A stretch of 64,000 nucleotides of DNA from the human T2T-CHM13v2.0 reference genome, Homo sapiens. The number at the start of each line of letters is the position of its first letter. Positions within the stretch are counted from its first letter, which is position 1. The notes under the pieces are model-generated. The model was not told the DNA's origin. It was given only the letters and a program-made list of their open reading frames with translations, and searched no databases. The DNA lies in the NCBI RefSeq assembly GCF_009914755.1, contig NC_060936.1, one strand, 5' to 3'. A program made the position numbers and the translations under genes. This document shows, piece by piece, positions 56,632 through 64,000 of the stretch.

Positions 56632-58344
56632 TCATTATACCATCTGAGCATTTTAAAATCAAAACAAACCAAAGACTAGACACCCACATATACTACTGAG
56701 TGTATATCTTTTTTGGAATACAAGTTGATAGTATACATCAGGCTTTCATAATATACATATACCCTTCGATCTTGTAATTCTGCTTGTAGGATTTTTTGTT
56801 TGTTTGTTTTGAGACGGAGTCTTACACTGTCACCCAGGCTGCAGTGCAGTGGCGTGATCTCGGCTCACTGCAAGCTCCGCCTCCCAGGTTCATGCCATTC
56901 TCCCGCCTCAGCCTCCTGAGTAGCTGGGACTACAGGTGCCTGCCACCACGCCCGGCTGATTTTTTTATATTTTTAGTAGAGACAGGGTTTCACCGTGTTA
57001 GCCAGGATGATCTCAATCTCCTGACCTCGTGATCCGCCTGCCTCAGCCTCCCAAAGTGCTGGGAATACAGGCGTGAGCCACCGCGCCCAGCTGCTTGTAG
57101 GATTTTTATCAGACGGAAATAAGCAAGAGATTCTCATAATAAATTACATGTGTATATTTATCATTGCATTCTGTGCAATTAAAAAAATTAAACTTGATAA
57201 TAAGGGAGTGGCTCAACACATTAACTTTGAATGTTACACAATTATTAAGTCATGTTTTTAATATGACAGAGATATTAAAGTCACAGTAATTTACAGTTAA
57301 AGTGAATTGAAAGTGGTGTTTAATGTATACACATATATAGTGTATTTGCTGCTTGTAACAAAAAAAAAATAGAAAAAGCTTTCCAAATGTTGTGGTTGTG
57401 GAGATATCTCTTGATGGCAGTGATTTCTATGTTTTTATTTATGCTTTTCTGTATTTCTCAAATTGTAATTAGCATGCACTACTTTTATAATTGGAATAAA
57501 ACATAATAAATGATTCCTAAAATAAAACCATTATAACTATCTGTTGTATTCTGGATTATGTAAAGCATCTAGCTGTTCTCTAGACAAGCAGGAAAGAGCC
57601 CTGGCCAAATATGATCTCGAGTCTAAGTGTGCAGCCTTATAGGAGCTTACATATCCTATAGGCATCCGAAAGTCCAGATGCCTTCTCATTTTGGGTGGTG
57701 TGCTTAGGTGTATTAATACCATTCTCTGAGTCCTACCACTCCTATGTGATTGTTGCCTGGAAAGACAAAAAAGGAAAAAAAAGTGCTGTTGGAGACAATT
57801 GGGCAGTCTCCTAGGGAGAGAGAAATAGAGTCAGCTAAGTGACTCAATAGGACTGTAGGTGGAAAACTGCTTGCAAATAATAATAATTCAGCTTTAATTG
57901 TGCAATGTCCTGCAGCATACAATCTCCAAAGGAGTTCAGTTACCCAGCAGAAAATGTAGGGATGTGGTTAGTACAGGCTTCTTGGATTAGATAGAGCACA
58001 GCTAAATCCTTAGGAGGCATTTATGATCATCCATGAAACCCCCTTTATTCCTGTACTGACCTTTGCAGTTAGAACACAAATGAGACCACAATTATGACTT
58101 CATGTTCAAAGGGTTCATAGGTTCCATTCTCTGCTAAGGCCAGAGACTCTAGGCAGGGACACCTTTTAAACTTTTTGTTCATCTAGATATTCAACATTAT
58201 TTATGATTTAGGTCCTGTATGAGGCCCAGGGCATGCAATAATACAGCTCTGTCCTTGAGTTGTGTATATAGGTTGCTATTCGGTCATGTAGAGTACAGTT
58301 GTGATAAGGATAAGCTGCTTGAGACTACATCGGAGGGTCACCTA

Positions 58345-58903
<559 letters not shown>

Positions 58904-59303
58904 TTATCTAGGCATGGTAACGTGCACCTGTGGTCTCAGCTACTTGATCTCGAACTCTTGAGCTCAAGTGATCCGCCCATCTCGGCCTCCCAAAGTGCTG
59001 GGATTACAGGCATTAGCCACGGCACCTGACAGTCCCAGCTACTTAAGAGGCTGAGGTGGGAGGACTGCTTGAGCCTGGGAGGTTGAAGCTGTAGTTAGCC
59101 ATGATTGCACCACTGCACTCCAGCCTGGGCAACAGAGTGAGACTCTGTCTCAAAACATAAAAAAGGACACCATGAGAAATCACCCAAATAGGAGAGAGAG
59201 TAGCAGACCAGGGAAAATCCCTACTGGTGTGACTGGGGCAAGGAGTTCAAGCAGGGAAGAAGAGAGAAGGAGCTGAGGCACCACCAGCCTGGGCAACATG
59301 TTA

Positions 59304-59477
<174 letters not shown>

Positions 59478-59657
59478 TTACAGAAATGGGCTTGTCCTTC
59501 TTTTCACCAAACTGAAAAGAAGCCTTTGATGTTGGCAGACTATTAAGAATTAATGCAGTTCCCACAGCAAGCCATTTATTCTCCACCAGAGTGTAGGGCA
59601 GTGCCCAACTGAAAAAAACAACATAAAAAAAAAAAAAAATCCCAAAACCAACAACAG

Positions 59658-59770
59658 CTCGGGTGATGAGTGCATGAAAATCTCAGAAATCACCACTAAA
59701 TAACTTAAAGAACTTATCCATATAACCAAACACCACCTGTTCCCCAAAAACCTATTGAAATAAAAATTTA
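59658..59770 (+). mobile_element. L1PB-type 3' end
   Basis: aaatctcagaaatcaccactaaa...aaccaaacaccacctgttccccaaaaacctattgaaataaa. Confidence 0.75.
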
Positions 59771-60712
59771 AAACAAACAAAAAACCAACAACGCCAGGCA
59801 TAAAACATGCTGCAAACCTGCCCATCTGGTTTTCTCCTTTTCTCTGTGACATCAGTCCCCTCTGGCATCCCAGCAAAATATTTTCCTCTCTGTCAGGCTC
59901 AGTCATGAGCTCCTCCCAGACCTTGGCCCTAGGTATCAGTGGGCAGAGAGGAAGTGATGGGGGAGTAGACCATCTGAGAAGATGAGGAACTGGTCCCGCC
60001 TGGCAGGAGAGCTATGGAATGAGTCACTGGGAAACGTGTTCCTGGTCACAGCACCCTGGGAGCTTTCTCTGTCATTCTCTACCACTGTACTTGTGTGATG
60101 GAGTAAAATAAAACATATTCTGGAAAGCTACATAATAAAGAACTGAGCCATGCAGGGGAGGAAGAAGAGAAACAGCAGCAGAACTAGGAGGTTTGGAAGA
60201 GAGTTTGGAATTGGGGGTGAGCTTTAGGAAAGCAAGTGTCAAGTGTGGGAGGATGAGAAGAGAAAAATGGGAAAGATAATTCAAGATTTGCAGTATATTG
60301 TGAATATAATTCCCCTCTGGTGTTTTTTTCAGAGACTGCAAAAAATCTTTAACATTATTTTTCAATAACTTTTAGATAATGAACTGGTGTTTTCTTTGAA
60401 TATGCCCAAACAGGTGGGAACACAAGGGCTTGATTTTATATGAAGTTACTTCAAGTGAACATACTGTATTTGTAGCAGCTCGGTTGCTTTATTTTTACTA
60501 ACTTGTTAAATTCTGTGATGGAGTCTTCAAACAGCTTTTTATATCAGGGCTTCCTTTTCTTGGATTAATGGGCTTCTGGGATCAGTGAACTCCTGCCTCC
60601 CTGCCCCCTCAACCTCCACCTCCTGACCCTGATCCTGCAAAGTTGTAACAGTTGTATGCAAAATATTGTATGTGGGCAGAAAAGTGTTTTTATTCTGGGG
60701 AGAATCTCCATG

Positions 60713-60920
60713 TAGCACTGTCCCACAGAACTTTCTAGGATGATGAAAACATTCTATATTTGAGTTCTATGTGGTAGCCATTGGTTACATGTAGCTATTG
60801 AGCACTTAAAATGTGGCTACTGCAACTGAGAAACCAACTTCTTAAATTATATTTAACAATAATTAACTTTAATTGTAATAGCCAAATGTGGCTAGTGGCT
60901 ACCATACAGGACAGCGTAGG
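60713..60920. mobile_element. MER3-like DNA transposon
   Basis: ctgtcccacagaactttct...atgtggctagtggctaccat...gacagc. Confidence 0.7.
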
Positions 60921-61769
60921 AATTTATCATTCTCAAAGGTCTATAAGCTGTACTCCCCCATTCCCCCAAAAAAGGCCAAGAAACACTGAGACCAATCACT
61001 TCCCTTTACAGCCCTATGGTACTGGCACATAGTAAGTGCTTAGTAAACACCTGTTGATTTTATTAACTAGTATATAAAGAACAGTTATTCTAGCTCCAGA
61101 AAAGTGGAACTGAGGTACAAAATGGCAAATGAGCTCATCAGGTTCACCAAATTTCATTTCCTAAGCTCTAAATTCCTTACCCTCAACCCAGAACTTTTTC
61201 CAAAACATTTTCCACTGTAACAAACCTTGAAAACTTTCTTCACAGCAGAGTAAATCAGAAACACAAGCAAAGGGTAGGGGGGTGTGAAAAGATTAATAAC
61301 AGTACTAAGAATGTTTTTCAATGCAACAAAAAAGGATGCATTTATTTAGTAGAATCCTAATTTTTTTAGACCCAAGTCAGTTTTATACTAAGCAGATTTT
61401 TAATGAACTGCGTCAATATAATTCAGTAATGGCACCTCCAAGGCAAATACATTCCTTAAAGGTAAAAAACAAGTATGGGAATTATCTGGAGTTTTTTTTT
61501 TTTAAGTTAAAAAAAAATAATAATAACTGAAAGCCAGGAAGCTTCTAGGCTACACATCCCCCATGCTAACACATGCCCAGTGGCTGAACTTCCTTCTGTC
61601 TGCCTGAGGCTGGCTCTCCCCCTCAGCCAGCACATGTGCAGGGCTTCTGTGAATGTCACATTGACAGACATTCCTTGCTAGGCAGCTGGGGACCAGTTTC
61701 TTTTGTAATTCCATCCTTCTCATGGGCTGCCAGTCTGTCTTGTTGTGACACACTCCTTGAAGGTGCTAG

Positions 61770-62567
<798 letters not shown>

Positions 62568-62997
62568 TGAGCCTGGCTCTGTGCTGGGCACTGGTGCTCG
62601 GGATACAACAGTAAGACTCAACCCTGCCCTCACACCATTCACAGACAACTAAAAAGGCAATTACAGTCAGGCGTGGTGGCTCATGCCTGTAATCCCAGCA
62701 CTCTGGGAACTCGCTTGAGCCCAGGAGTTCCAGACCAGCCTAGGAAACCTAGTAGATCCCGTCTCTACAAAAAAAATAAATAAATAAAAATAAATAAATA
62801 AATAAAAAAAGCTGGGTGTGATGGTGTGCACCTGTAGTCCCAGCTACTCTGGAGGTAGAAGCGGGAGGATGGCTTGAGGCCAGGAGTTGGAGGCTGCTTT
62901 GAACTAGGGTCTCGCCACTGTACTCCAGCCTGGGTGACAGAGCAAGACCCCGTCTCTGAAAAATAAAGTAAAAATATATATATATATTTTTTTCTGA

Positions 62998-63337
<340 letters not shown>

Positions 63338-63469
63338 TAGAGTGCAATGGCACAATCTTTGCTCACTGCAACCTCCACCCCCAGGTTCAAGTGATTCTCC
63401 TGCCTCGGCTTCCTGAGTAGCTGGGATTACAGGCATGCGCCACCACGCCCAGCTAATTTTGTATTTTTA

Positions 63470-63604
<135 letters not shown>

Positions 63605-64000
63605 TTAAATAGAGACAGGGTCTCACTATATTACCTAGGCTGGTCTCAAACTCCTGAGCTCAAGTGATCCTCCTGCCTCAGCCTCCCAAAGTGCTAGTAT
63701 TACAGACATTAAGCCACCATGCCTGGCCTAAAAAATAAAAAGGCAATTACAGGCTGGGCACAGTGGCTCATGCCTGTAATCCTAGCACTTAGGGAGGCTG
63801 AGGCGGGCAGATCACTTGAGGTCAGGAGTTCGAGACCAGCCTGGCCAACATGGTGAAACCACGTCTGTTTTCTTTTCTTTTTTATGAGATGGAGTCTCAA
63901 TCTGTCACCCAGGCTGGAGTGCAATGGCACAATCTTGCTCACTGCAACCTCCACCTCCTGGGTTCAAGCAATTCTCCTGTCCCAGCCTCCCGAGTAGATG

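Noticed and set aside
57638-57682. Two adjacent short hairpins as a structured ncRNA
   Set aside because: 6-7 bp stems are expected by chance; no family motif
61341-61346. Minus-strand AATAAA as the 3' end of an antisense lncRNA
   Set aside because: A hexamer in AT-rich DNA is not enough without transcript data

Overview
Human (primate) genomic DNA, very Alu-rich. The translated exons identify it as the chr12q24.31 cluster COX6A1(+), TRIAP1(-), GATC(+), SRSF9(-), followed by a probable distal non-coding first exon of DYNLL1(+). All four CDSs were rebuilt from GT-AG junctions and give intact proteins (109, 76, 136 and 221 aa). Positions 1-21,600 and 55,400-64,000 are mostly Alu/MIR/L1/L2/DNA-transposon debris, and nearly all ORFs in the supplied track are Alu translations. 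Other elements: an RPL31 processed pseudogene, a 35-nt U2 snRNA retrocopy, a young AluYa5 and three CpG-island promoters. I see no wholly new gene system. The most interesting signals are: an in-frame COX6A1-to-GATC read-through option; a p53 element inside the TRIAP1 CDS beside a 108-bp ATG-to-ATG bidirectional promoter; an SRSF9 poison exon; GATC/SRSF9 antisense overlap; a duplication bracketing GATC exon 3; an Alu that displaced the GATC exon 4 branch point; and several templated or inverted copy events. Repeat subfamily names and literature links come from memory, not from searches.
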